From Bacteroidia bacterium (GTDB lineage Bacteria > Bacteroidota > Bacteroidia > 2-12-FULL-35-15), in assembly GCA_044377775.1 (NCBI GenBank), contig JBILYL010000001.1:1-39794 (forward strand): 39,794 nucleotides of DNA, written 5' to 3'. The notes beneath the pieces were generated by a model. The model was not told where the DNA came from. It made no database searches and worked only from the letters and a program-made list of their open reading frames with translations. Every line of letters begins with the position of its first letter. Position 1 is the first letter of the stretch. A program made the translations under genes and the position numbers. Of this stretch, positions 1-9,375 are shown piece after piece.

Positions 1-10
1 TTTAAGGATT

Positions 11-1165
11 CTATAATCCCAGCTTCTTAGAGATCTCTTTTTTTACACCTTCTTTATGCACCATAATACTTGTTGTTTTGTATTTTAAATATGCTTCGGA
101 TGCATAGAAATAACCATCACAATCGTTATTTTTTATACCCCATGAATTTTTCACGATATAGTATTTTGTACCATTTTGATCTTTCACCATTCCAACAATG
201 TGCATACCGTGATCATCCTGCGTTTCGTAATTATCAAAAGCCAATTGACGCATCGCCTGAGTAATTTCTTTTTGTTTTCCAGGATTTAAAATCACTGAAT
301 CTACTTTTTCTTTTTTCACATCACTCCACTCTAAATCAGGAACAATGGCAACACCATTTTTATAAGAGAAACCTTTTTCACTCACATCGGCACCCCAAGC
401 AACTGAATATCCATTCATAATTGCATTGTCAACAACATCAATCATATCCGTCAGCGGCACATTATATAATTGATCCCAAGCCCAATTATCCTGAATTTCT
501 AATGCAAACTTTGAATAGAATGGATGATGAGAAAAAGAAGTGATCTCAATATAATTATCCATATTTAATCCCAATGATGCTGCAAATGATTTGGAATCAT
601 GTTTTTTTCCCTGATAGTCGAATGACAGAGGCGCTTCACCTAAATAGGCATCCAGCGTAGAATTGATCGCTTTAGACCAACCTGTTGAAATATTATTCGC
701 CTTCACAAGAACATCCAATTGCGCTTTCAACATATTATCCATTTCGTTGTGATTAATTTCTTTATCACCATTCACCAAACCTAAATAAGCCGATTGCGGA
801 ACCAAACCGAAATTCCTGATCACATAAGCTGCATCGTGAAAAGCACCACCGGGACCAAAATTGATCAATCCATGCATACGAACGTATTTATCCGCTTTTG
901 CCATGTAGGCATTTCGCACGATAAACATTTCCGACAGATTTACTTTTGGTTTTCCCATACGGATCATTTCCGATTCAAAAAACGAAAGCGATGAAAACGA
1001 CCAGCAAGTACTTGATTGTGCTTGATTCTGAACCTCCGTTGCATCAAGATTTTTCAGGACCGTGAATTTATAATTACCATCTTTCTTGTTGGTAAGTGTT
1101 TGCGCAACTATTAAATCGGCAGCAATAAGTACCAATGCGAGGATAATTTGTTTTTTAATATTCAT
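11..1165 (-). CDS. Secreted papain-superfamily (C1; aminopeptidase C / bleomycin-hydrolase-like) cysteine peptidase
   Basis: ORF 11..1219. Catalytic Cys context QSSTCWSFSS, and a C-terminal His/Asn-Trp region (DDHGMHIVG, VKNSWG). Start moved to Met19 (CAT at 1163-1165), giving the signal-like N-terminus MNIKKQIILALVLIAADLIVAQ, because a TAAATTTG -7 box at 1217-1224 lies inside the longer ORF. Confidence 0.8.
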   Translation of the reverse strand: MNIKKQIILALVLIAADLIVAQTLTNKKDGNYKFTVLKNLDATEVQNQAQSSTCWSFSSLSFFESEMIRMGKPKVNLSEMFIVRNAYMAKADKYVRMHGLINFGPGGAFHDAAYVIRNFGLVPQSAYLGLVNGDKEINHNEMDNMLKAQLDVLVKANNISTGWSKAINSTLDAYLGEAPLSFDYQGKKHDSKSFAASLGLNMDNYIEITSFSHHPFYSKFALEIQDNWAWDQLYNVPLTDMIDVVDNAIMNGYSVAWGADVSEKGFSYKNGVAIVPDLEWSDVKKEKVDSVILNPGKQKEITQAMRQLAFDNYETQDDHGMHIVGMVKDQNGTKYYIVKNSWGIKNNDCDGYFYASEAYLKYKTTSIMVHKEGVKKEISKKLGL

Positions 1166-1216
1166 TTTTAGAGATTTTGTTTCAAGTAATTTACGTTCAA
1201 AAAACAGCTTTATATG

Positions 1217-1224
1217 CAAATTTA
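1217..1224 (-). promoter_or_regulatory. Bacteroidota-type -7 box (TAAATTTG) for the peptidase gene
   Basis: Minus strand reads TAAATTTG, matching TAnnTTTG, about 52 nt upstream of the ATG at 1165. No well-spaced TTTG -33 element was found. Confidence 0.3.
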
Positions 1225-1284
1225 TGATGAGTGGTTTTTTAGAGTTATAAGGTGGTAAGGCAAAAGGGTAATAGGGTGTTTTAC

Positions 1285-1363
1285 TTATTACATGATCACC
1301 TGATTACATGATCAACCAATCACCTTATTACATTATTACATTATCACCCAATCACCTTATCAC
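1285..1363. repeat. Degenerate interleaved repeat array (ATTACAT x4, ATCACC x5)
   Basis: Perfect 12-mer ATTACATGATCA at 1287-1298 and 1303-1314. Perfect 13-mer CCAATCACCTTAT at 1316-1328 and 1348-1360. Lies between the DUF3467 stop and the peptidase promoter. Confidence 0.85.
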
Positions 1364-1367
1364 TAAT

Positions 1368-1682
1368 TTAAGCTTGCGCCGTTGGTCCACCAAAGTTCAT
1401 CGGCAATACATTTGGCATGTCCGTGTCTTTTATCACACCATGTGCTTGTTCGAACTTTGAAATATTATCCTTCAAGGCTTTCATTAAACGTTTTGCGTGC
1501 TGAGGCGTTAATACGATACGGGATTTCACTTTTGCTTTTGGCACTCCGGGCATCATCCTTACAAAGTCAACAACAAATTCAGAATTCGAATGTGTGATGA
1601 TGGCAAGGTTTGAATAAATTCCTTCTGCGATTTCTTCGCTCAACTCAATGTTCAATTGATTATTTTGATTTTGATCTTCCAT
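1368..1682 (-). CDS. DUF3467 domain protein (small conserved protein of the Bacteroidota rpoC neighbourhood)
   Basis: 104-aa ORF. The core NLAIITHSNSEFVVDFVRMMPGVPKAKVKSRIVLTPQHAKRL matches my memory of the DUF3467 family. Confidence 0.8.
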   Translation of the reverse strand: MEDQNQNNQLNIELSEEIAEGIYSNLAIITHSNSEFVVDFVRMMPGVPKAKVKSRIVLTPQHAKRLMKALKDNISKFEQAHGVIKDTDMPNVLPMNFGGPTAQA

Positions 1683-1730
1683 GATTTTTATTTTTAGGAA
1701 GGCTAAGGTAAGAAAAAACGTTGAAAATAT

Positions 1731-1766
1731 GGGCTTTTAATGGCAGAAATAAGTGTTAAAAAGCCC
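1731..1766 (-). terminator. Intrinsic terminator of the T9SS two-gene cassette
   Basis: Arms GGGCTTTTAA (1731-1740) and TTAAAAAGCCC (1756-1766). On the minus-strand RNA they are followed by AUAUUUUCAACGUUUUUUC. The right arm touches the stop codon at 1766-1768. Confidence 0.5.
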
Positions 1767-3175
1767 TATTCTTTCACAAATTTTTGTGAGATTCGCTGTT
1801 TTCCGTCTTTACGAATAGCAGAAATAAAATACACACCGGAAGCGAATTCCGAAACAGCTATTTTTGAATTTTCAATTTTTACTTTTTGAATTTCTCCTAA
1901 AATATTTATGATGCTGATTTCATATTCATTGATATTCTCTCCATCAATTGAAATGTTAATTTCTGAAGAAGCAGGGTTAGGATACAGAAACAATTGAGAA
2001 TCTAAAATTTGTACTTCATTAACACCTACATTACAATTTGCTATTTCACAACCACTACTATCTACCTTTACTAACCAAGGATCTGAAGTTGCGACTAAAC
2101 CAAACCCACTCATTACAAAACCATTATCTAATGTCCTCTTTACGTCATAAAAGTAATTATCCTTTGTAGGATCTTTATAATAAGTTCTCAGCCATTGCTG
2201 ATTTCCTAGACTATCTGTTTTAATTAATAGGCCCCACGGGTCCGTTATTGTACTCACTCCAGAACAAACTATACTGCCATCAGATAAAACGATTGGAACG
2301 GCAAAAAATTGTTGATCTCCAACTCCGCCATATGTTTGTGACCAAATAACTACTCCTAACTTTGTAAGTTTCGCCATATAAGCTTGATATGATAAACCAA
2401 CAATAGACTTTGAGCCTACTAAGATATAAGTGCTATCAACCAATTGCCTAACAAAACCTTGACCAGCTGTCCCTGAGTACAATTTTTCCCATTGAAAATT
2501 TCCATTACTATCTACTTTAACAATGTGCAATTGATTGTTTCTGTGACCCGAGAGAACGAAACCACCATCTAATGTAATTTGGCCAGAAACACAGTCTTCT
2601 GCAAGCGTAGTACCATAAGCTTGTTGCCATTGAAAAACACCATTTTTATCTGTTTTTATTAAATAAAAATCTGATGCAGAACCTGTGCTAAAGCTTTGTG
2701 TAACTCCCATCATTACAAAGCCACTATCTGAAGTTTGACAAACTATATTTGCATTATCGAAATTTGCACCACCGTATGTTTTTGTCCAAAGAGTATCGCC
2801 ATTAATACTTAACTTCACTAAAAGAGCATCACGATTTCCTATAGAATCCAAAAGAGAGCCACAAAAAACATAACTTGCATCAAATGTTTTAATAATAGAA
2901 TTAGATGCACCAGTGGAGTATGAATGCAAATTTTTTATGTATTCTCTAGTCCAAAGAGTATCTCCATCTGAGTCTACTCTATTAATTAATAAAGAACCAT
3001 ATCCACTCCCATAATTACAACTAGGAAACAAGTAACCATTTGTATCAAGCTCAATCACTGTGCTAGCATTCGATATAGAAGAATAATATTCATAATTATT
3101 ATTGAAGTACACCTGAGCATACGTCTCTAATGAAACAAAGATGCCAATGAATAATATTTTGATTGCTTTTTTCAT
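1766..3175 (-). CDS. Secreted repeat (beta-propeller-like) protein with T9SS C-terminal sorting domain
   Basis: Signal peptide MKKAIKILFIGIFVSLETYAQ. At least 6 copies of a ~45-50 aa repeat with a D-x-x-G-x-x-x-W-x-x-x-Y(G) signature, e.g. GDTLWTKTYGG, NGNFQWEKLYSG, LGNQQWLRTYY. C-terminus LYPNPASSEINISI...GVYFISAIRKDGK is typical of the T9SS CTD. Confidence 0.8.
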   Translation of the reverse strand: MKKAIKILFIGIFVSLETYAQVYFNNNYEYYSSISNASTVIELDTNGYLFPSCNYGSGYGSLLINRVDSDGDTLWTREYIKNLHSYSTGASNSIIKTFDASYVFCGSLLDSIGNRDALLVKLSINGDTLWTKTYGGANFDNANIVCQTSDSGFVMMGVTQSFSTGSASDFYLIKTDKNGVFQWQQAYGTTLAEDCVSGQITLDGGFVLSGHRNNQLHIVKVDSNGNFQWEKLYSGTAGQGFVRQLVDSTYILVGSKSIVGLSYQAYMAKLTKLGVVIWSQTYGGVGDQQFFAVPIVLSDGSIVCSGVSTITDPWGLLIKTDSLGNQQWLRTYYKDPTKDNYFYDVKRTLDNGFVMSGFGLVATSDPWLVKVDSSGCEIANCNVGVNEVQILDSQLFLYPNPASSEINISIDGENINEYEISIINILGEIQKVKIENSKIAVSEFASGVYFISAIRKDGKQRISQKFVKE

Positions 3176-4765
3176 TTAATTGGAAAAAATAATTTTTTTC
3201 TTATCCACAATCCCTTTATCAGTATTTAAAACAAAAAAGTAGATTCCGTTTGTGAAATTTTTTGTATCAATAATCAACGAAGAGTCATTTGTAATATTTT
3301 TCTTATATACGGATGCTCCCATCACATTATAAATTATCAATTCCGCACTTAAAACTTCTTTCAAGTTAAAAACCACTTTCGTAAAATCTGAACATGGATT
3401 AGGATATACTGAAAAATTCGAAGCCTTTTTACTAATTATGTCTCCTTCCTCCTCATTCGCAACAGACATGCTTCTCATAGAATTCGCATCGTATGGGTAA
3501 CGGGCATATTGCAAACCTTTTGTTAAAGACAATATTGTTCTTGCTTCAATTGCTAAGTCAGGATTATTCTCATAAATCTGTTTCACTATAGCATATTGAC
3601 CAGCCGTCATATCGAACCAAGACAAATTATTTTCCGATAGATACAAACGAATTGCACTCAATTTACATTTATCACTATGTATTCCTACTTCTTCTTTGGA
3701 ATGGATCTTCTGTAAACACAAATGTGCATCGGAGAAATTACCTTGTTCTATCAGAATCTCAATTTGCTTAAACAAACCAGCTAGACTAGAGTCTTTTTGT
3801 GAAAGCAATTTCAAACTATCAATATTTTCTAACTCTAAATAACCTTGTTTTAAATTCACTTCAGCCAACTGTGCTTGAAAAAAATAGTAATCAACTTCCT
3901 TTTCTTTTTCACTTCTTGCTGACACACCGCTTTGCTCTGCCAAAATATTATTAAGAATTCCATTTGGCAAGTTCAAATTTATTATTTCATCCAAAATCGA
4001 TTTAGTGACAGGGGAATTTGCAATTATAATTTGTTTAATGTGCCCTGGGGGAAGAGGATTTACCCTTTGCAACATTTCATTTAAAACCTTATCACTCAAG
4101 TATGGAGATTTGCTTAATAATAAATTTTTTAGCAGTCCTGAGGACATTGAACTATTAATTTGTCCTATTAAAAAATTTGTATTTCCACCATCAATAAGTT
4201 GATCAAAATCTGTTTGCTTCTGACCTGCTATTGCCTTAGAAGAATTATAATTATTCAACAAACACAAAACGTCTCCAGCACAAATACTACTCAGATTTGA
4301 TAAGCACGAATTCGGACCAACTATAGCAAAACAGGGAACCACACTCGATGACAAATTTGTATAACTAAATACACCTGGTTGTTCTCTATATTGGAAACCG
4401 ACATTATCTGTTAAGGAATTCACATCAAACTCGAGTTGCTGAAATCCAGAAGAAGAACCATATACATTCCCTGCTTGCGTTGACGATGAAATACAGAATC
4501 CTTGATCTCTTATTAAACTAGTAAGCAAAGTCGAAGCTGGGCCATCTGGCAAATAAACATCATTATTTTTGCGATTGATAAAACTATTACATTTATATTC
4601 TAATCCACCACCAGCAACAATAGGAGCGGCATTATCTAACTCTGGTTGTATATTTACATTTAAATTACTGAAGGTATTTTTATATGCATATCCAATTCCT
4701 GACCCATCAAAACCAAGTGGTGCAGAACCGCTGCAGAAGAACAAAATGGATATAATAGAAAACAA
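3176..4765 (-). CDS. Hypothetical T9SS-sorted protein (unrecognised N-terminal and helical regions); 5' end probably frameshifted from the ATG at 4791
   Basis: 529-aa ORF whose track start is a TTG. C-terminus VYPNPCSDFTKVVFNL...GIYFFVLNTDKG is a T9SS CTD. Its stop abuts the next gene's start as TAAATG (3173-3178). A well-placed ATG with signal peptide at 4789-4791 is in another frame (see findings). Confidence 0.7.
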   Translation of the reverse strand: MFSIISILFFCSGSAPLGFDGSGIGYAYKNTFSNLNVNIQPELDNAAPIVAGGGLEYKCNSFINRKNNDVYLPDGPASTLLTSLIRDQGFCISSSTQAGNVYGSSSGFQQLEFDVNSLTDNVGFQYREQPGVFSYTNLSSSVVPCFAIVGPNSCLSNLSSICAGDVLCLLNNYNSSKAIAGQKQTDFDQLIDGGNTNFLIGQINSSMSSGLLKNLLLSKSPYLSDKVLNEMLQRVNPLPPGHIKQIIIANSPVTKSILDEIINLNLPNGILNNILAEQSGVSARSEKEKEVDYYFFQAQLAEVNLKQGYLELENIDSLKLLSQKDSSLAGLFKQIEILIEQGNFSDAHLCLQKIHSKEEVGIHSDKCKLSAIRLYLSENNLSWFDMTAGQYAIVKQIYENNPDLAIEARTILSLTKGLQYARYPYDANSMRSMSVANEEEGDIISKKASNFSVYPNPCSDFTKVVFNLKEVLSAELIIYNVMGASVYKKNITNDSSLIIDTKNFTNGIYFFVLNTDKGIVDKKKIIFSN

Positions 4766-4819
4766 ACTATAATGACAAGTAATTTTTTCATGAGAATAAT
4801 TTAAGAGATATGATTATAC

Positions 4820-4851
4820 CAAATATAACCCATAAAACAACCAAATCCAAA
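4820..4851 (-). promoter_or_regulatory. Bacteroidota-type promoter (TTTG-N20-TATATTTG) of the T9SS cassette
   Basis: On the minus strand: TTTG (4851-4848), a 20-nt spacer, then TATATTTG (4827-4820). It lies 29 nt upstream of the ATG at 4791 and just downstream of the rpoC terminator. Confidence 0.45.
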
Positions 4852-4866
4852 TTCACCAAAAACAAA

Positions 4867-4892
4867 AGAGGGAAACATTTCTGTTTCCCTCT
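4867..4892 (-). terminator. Intrinsic terminator of rpoC
   Basis: Perfect 11-bp stem AGAGGGAAACA/TGTTTCCCTCT with a 4-nt loop. On the minus-strand RNA it is followed by UUUGUUUUUGG. It lies 68 nt past the rpoC stop. Confidence 0.7.
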
Positions 4893-4959
4893 CCTTATTA
4901 TTTAGCTTTCGCTTCCGTTTCGTAATTCGTATTATTCGTACAAATTAGTAATTCGATGG

Positions 4960-7900
4960 CTACGCTTCTTCTTCCAAAGCAGCTTCTTTTTTAGAAGCCA
5001 ATAAACGATCGTACTCTTCTTGTGAACCAACAATCATTTTGTCGTAAGCTCTTAAGCCGGTACCTGCAGGAATTAAATGTCCAACGATTACGTTTTCTTT
5101 CAATCCTAACAAATGATCTACTTTTCCGCTTACAGCAGCTTCGTTCAACACCTTCGTTGTTTCCTGGAACGATGCAGCACTCATGAAACTATTGGTTTGC
5201 AATGATGCACGTGTGATACCTTGTAACACTTGGCTTGATGTAGCAGGAACTGCTTCACGAGCTTCAATGATCTTCATATCTCTGCGTTTCAATGAAGAAT
5301 TTTCATCTCTCAATTTACGTGCACTGATGATCTGACCAGCTTTGTATAAGGTTGAATCACCCGGCTCAAGAATAAGAACTTTAGCATATAAGTTATCGTT
5401 CTCTTTCATGAACTCAGCTTTGTTCACCAATTGTTTTTCTAAGAAGATAGTATCACCCGCTTCGCTGATGTCTACTTTACGCATCATCTGACGAACGATT
5501 ACTTCGAAATGTTTATCATTGATCTTCACACCTTGTAAACGATATACCTCTTGTACTTCATTTACCAAGTATTCCTGAACAGCAGTTGGCCCTTTGATAG
5601 CAAGTATATCACTTGGAGTGATAGCACCGTCTGACAATGGCTCACCAGCTTTGATGAAATCATTTTCCTGAACAAGGATATGTTTCGATAACTGAACAAG
5701 GTATGTTTTCTTTTCACCAGTACGGGATTCAACGTATACCTCACGGTTACCACGTTTGATCTTACCAAAAGAAACGATACCGTCAATTTCAGAAACAACA
5801 GCCGGATTACTAGGGTTACGAGCTTCGAACAACTCCGTAACACGTGGTAAACCTCCTGTAATATCACCGGTTTTACCGGAAGAACGAGGAATCTTAACAA
5901 GGATTTGTCCTGCTTCAATTTTCGCTGAATCATTAACAATAATATGCGCTCCAACCGGAATGTTGTACGTACGCAATATTTCTTTGCTAACAACAATCTT
6001 GATAGAAGGATTCTTTGATTTATCACGACTCTCAACAATAACTTTTTCTTTAAAGCCAGTTTGTTCATCGGACTCTTCGCGGAAAGTAATACCTTCTTCA
6101 ACGTTATCAAATTCGATTTTACCAGCAAATTCAGAAACGATAACAGCGTTATACGGATCCCAATCACAGATCAAATCTCCTTTTTTAACTTTATCTAAAT
6201 GCTTCGCATACGATTGAGAACCGTAAGGAATATTACCTGTTGTAAGAACAATTCTAGTGTTTGCATCAATGATGCGCATTTCAGCAGAACGACCAATAAC
6301 AACGTCAACGGTTTTTCCATCAGAATTTTTACGCTTCACTGTTTTCAATTCGTCAATCTCCAGGATACCGTCATACTTCGCTTCCAATTTAGAAGAAGCA
6401 ACAGAACCACCCGCAACTCCACCCACGTGGAATGTACGCAATGTTAACTGAGTACCCGGCTCACCAATTGACTGAGCAGCAATAACACCAACTGCTTCAC
6501 CACGCTGAACCATACGGCCTGTAGCTAAGTTACGTCCGTAACATTTTCCACAAACACCATTTTTACTTTCGCAGGTTAATACAGAACGAATTTCAACAGC
6601 TTCGATCGGAGATTCAGAAATAATTTTTGCAAAATCTTCTGTTAACTCTTCACCTGCACCGATGATCATATCACCTGTTAAAGGATGATAAACATCATGA
6701 ACAGTAGTTCTACCTAAAATTCTATCATATAAAGATTCAACAACCTCATCATTTTTCTTCAATGGTGTTGCGATCAATCCACGCAAAGTACCACAATCTT
6801 CAACAGTGATAATTACATCCTGAGCAACGTCAACTAGACGTCTTGTCAAGTAACCAGCATCAGCAGTTTTCAAGGCTGTATCGGCAAGACCTTTACGGGC
6901 ACCGTGTGTAGAAATGAAATACTCAAGGATCGATAAACCTTCTTTAAAGTTAGAAAGGATCGGATTCTCGATGATCTCTCCACCACCTGCACCTTTTTGC
7001 GGTTTCGCCATCAATCCACGCATACCACCTAACTGACGGATTTGTTCTTTAGAACCACGAGCTCCTGAATCCAACATCATATAAACCGGATTGAATCCCT
7101 GACGGTCAGTTGTCAATGTATTCAATACTTTCGCAGTGATGCGGGAGTTTGTATGTGTCCAGATATCGATCACCTGATTGTAACGCTCATTGTTGGTAAT
7201 GAAACCCATGTTGTAGTTGGCAACTACTTCATCAATTTGCGTATTCGCATCAGCGATCATTTTACCTTTATCCTCAGGAACCATAACGTCACCTAAGTTA
7301 AACGATAAACATCCACGGAATGCACTCATGAAACCTAATGTTTTCATTTCATCAAGGAACTTAGCGGTTTTCGCCATACCTGTTTCCTTAACAATGTTTC
7401 CGATAATATCACGTAATGATTTCTTCGTCAACAATTCGTTGATAAAACCAACTTCTTTAGGCACAACCTGATTAAACAAGATACGACCAACAGTAGTTTC
7501 AACTAATTTGTTTACTAATTTATCACCTTCTTTCACTTCCAAACGAACTTTCACCCAAGCATGCAGGTCAACACGTTTTTCGTTATAAGCAATGATTGTT
7601 TCTTCAGGAGAATAGAAAGATAATCCTTCACCTTTTACAATTTCATCACCCATTGTTTTCTTCCCTTTGGTCATGTAGTAAAGACCAAGCACCATGTCCT
7701 GAGAAGGAACGGCAACCGGAGCACCATTCGCAGGGTTCAAGATATTATGAGAAGCAAGCATCAACAATTGTGCTTCCAAGATAGCAGCATGTCCCAATGG
7801 AACGTGAACCGCCATTTGATCCCCGTCAAAATCCGCGTTAAACGCAGTACAAGTCAAAGGGTGCAATTGGATTGCTTTTCCTTCAATTAATTTTGGTTGG

Positions 7901-9252
7901 AAAGCTTGGATACCTAATCTGTGCAATGTCGGAGCGCGATTCAAAAGAACAGGATGTCCTTTCAAAATGTTCTCTAAAATATCCCAAACGATAGGTTCTT
8001 TTTTATCAACAATTTTCTTTGCAGATTTTACAGTTTTAACAATACCACGCTCAATCATTTTACGAATGATAAACGGTTTGAATAATTCTGCTGCCATATC
8101 TTTAGGCAATCCGCACTCATGCAATTTCAATTCCGGTCCAACAACAATTACCGAACGTGCAGAATAATCGACACGTTTACCAAGTAAATTCTGACGGAAA
8201 CGACCTTGTTTACCTTTTAATGAATCAGACAATGATTTTAAAGCACGGTTTGATTCAGTTTTAACTGCATTTGATTTACGGGAGTTATCGAATAATGAAT
8301 CAACCGCTTCTTGCAACATACGTTTTTCGTTACGCAAGATCACTTCAGGAGCTTTGATTTCGATCAATCGTTTCAAACGGTTGTTACGGATAATAACACG
8401 TCTGTATAAGTCATTTAAATCAGACGTAGCGAAACGGCCACCATCCAATGGAACGAGTGGACGCAATTCCGGTGGAATAACAGGAACGATCTTTACGATC
8501 ATCCACTCCGGACGATTTTCTACATTTTGATTTGCGTGACGGAAACTTTCAACAACTTGCAAACGCTTCAATGCTTCGTTTTTACGTTGTTGAGACGTTT
8601 CAGTATTTGCTTTTAAACGTAAGTCGAAAGATAATCCATCAAGATCAACACGGCTTAAAAGCGATTGTAACGCTTCAGCACCCATCTTCGCGATGAATTT
8701 ATTCGGATCAGTATCATCTAAATATTGATTGTCTTTTGGAAGCGTATCAAGGATATTCAAATATTCTTCTTCAGATAAAAAGTCAAGATAATTGATACCA
8801 TCAACAGCTTTAACACCAGCATTTACTACAACATAACGTTCATAATAAATGATCATGTCCAACTTTTTAGTTGGAAGACCTAACAGATAACCAATTTTGT
8901 TTGGCAATGATTTAAAGTACCAGATGTGAGCAACAGGAACAACTAAATTGATGTGTCCCATACGCTCTCTACGTACTTTCTTTTCAGTTACTTCAACACC
9001 ACAACGGTCACAAACAATTCCTTTGTAACGAATGCGTTTATATTTACCACAAGCACATTCCCAATCTTTAACCGGTCCAAAAATACGCTCACAAAACAAA
9101 CCACCCATTTCAGGCTTGTATGTTCTGTAGTTGATGGTTTCTGGTTTTACAACTTCACCACTTGAACGCTCCAAAATTGCTTCCGGAGATGCGAGGCTGA
9201 TGGTAATTTTCGAGAAGTTACTTTTTAATTTGATGTCTCTTTTGAAAGCCAT
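4960..9252 (-). CDS. rpoC: DNA-directed RNA polymerase subunit beta'
   Basis: 1430 aa. Zinc-finger CxCGK...CxxCGVEV, the catalytic NADFDGDQM motif, and trigger-loop and bridge-helix regions. Confidence 0.99.
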   Translation of the reverse strand: MAFKRDIKLKSNFSKITISLASPEAILERSSGEVVKPETINYRTYKPEMGGLFCERIFGPVKDWECACGKYKRIRYKGIVCDRCGVEVTEKKVRRERMGHINLVVPVAHIWYFKSLPNKIGYLLGLPTKKLDMIIYYERYVVVNAGVKAVDGINYLDFLSEEEYLNILDTLPKDNQYLDDTDPNKFIAKMGAEALQSLLSRVDLDGLSFDLRLKANTETSQQRKNEALKRLQVVESFRHANQNVENRPEWMIVKIVPVIPPELRPLVPLDGGRFATSDLNDLYRRVIIRNNRLKRLIEIKAPEVILRNEKRMLQEAVDSLFDNSRKSNAVKTESNRALKSLSDSLKGKQGRFRQNLLGKRVDYSARSVIVVGPELKLHECGLPKDMAAELFKPFIIRKMIERGIVKTVKSAKKIVDKKEPIVWDILENILKGHPVLLNRAPTLHRLGIQAFQPKLIEGKAIQLHPLTCTAFNADFDGDQMAVHVPLGHAAILEAQLLMLASHNILNPANGAPVAVPSQDMVLGLYYMTKGKKTMGDEIVKGEGLSFYSPEETIIAYNEKRVDLHAWVKVRLEVKEGDKLVNKLVETTVGRILFNQVVPKEVGFINELLTKKSLRDIIGNIVKETGMAKTAKFLDEMKTLGFMSAFRGCLSFNLGDVMVPEDKGKMIADANTQIDEVVANYNMGFITNNERYNQVIDIWTHTNSRITAKVLNTLTTDRQGFNPVYMMLDSGARGSKEQIRQLGGMRGLMAKPQKGAGGGEIIENPILSNFKEGLSILEYFISTHGARKGLADTALKTADAGYLTRRLVDVAQDVIITVEDCGTLRGLIATPLKKNDEVVESLYDRILGRTTVHDVYHPLTGDMIIGAGEELTEDFAKIISESPIEAVEIRSVLTCESKNGVCGKCYGRNLATGRMVQRGEAVGVIAAQSIGEPGTQLTLRTFHVGGVAGGSVASSKLEAKYDGILEIDELKTVKRKNSDGKTVDVVIGRSAEMRIIDANTRIVLTTGNIPYGSQSYAKHLDKVKKGDLICDWDPYNAVIVSEFAGKIEFDNVEEGITFREESDEQTGFKEKVIVESRDKSKNPSIKIVVSKEILRTYNIPVGAHIIVNDSAKIEAGQILVKIPRSSGKTGDITGGLPRVTELFEARNPSNPAVVSEIDGIVSFGKIKRGNREVYVESRTGEKKTYLVQLSKHILVQENDFIKAGEPLSDGAITPSDILAIKGPTAVQEYLVNEVQEVYRLQGVKINDKHFEVIVRQMMRKVDISEAGDTIFLEKQLVNKAEFMKENDNLYAKVLILEPGDSTLYKAGQIISARKLRDENSSLKRRDMKIIEAREAVPATSSQVLQGITRASLQTNSFMSAASFQETTKVLNEAAVSGKVDHLLGLKENVIVGHLIPAGTGLRAYDKMIVGSQEEYDRLLASKKEAALEEEA

Positions 9253-9301
9253 GTTTTATTAAGTTAAAAAAGTTAAAAAGTTCAAAGTTCAAAGTTGTTT
9301 A

Positions 9302-9362
9302 GTTTAAAGTCTGAAAGTCAAATTTCATTAGTCATGAAGCTTTAAACTTTCAAACTTTAAAC
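9302..9362 (-). other. Long bipartite RNA hairpin in the rpoB-rpoC spacer
   Basis: On the minus-strand RNA, GUUUAAAGUUUGAAAGUU (9362-9345) pairs with GACUUUCAGACUUUAAAC (9319-9302). That gives 18 bp including 2 G-U pairs, which would be C-A mismatches on the plus strand. There is an inner 5-bp stem UUCAU/AUGAA. Confidence 0.45.
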
Positions 9363-9375
9363 TTTTAACTTATTT

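Noticed and set aside
5562-6451. Long alternative-frame and antisense ORFs inside rpoC (201, 153, 82 and 64 aa), with similar ones inside rpoB, tuf, rplA and the permease genes
   Set aside because: They lie wholly within strongly conserved genes. Their translations are low-complexity or biased and carry no motifs. Such ORFs are the expected by-product of codon bias in AT-rich genomes.
9253-9375. Periodic AGTT(N)AAA repeats that might look like a mini CRISPR or tandem array
   Set aside because: The units are only 7-9 nt, with no unique spacers and no cas genes. The two halves are complementary and are better explained as an RNA hairpin.
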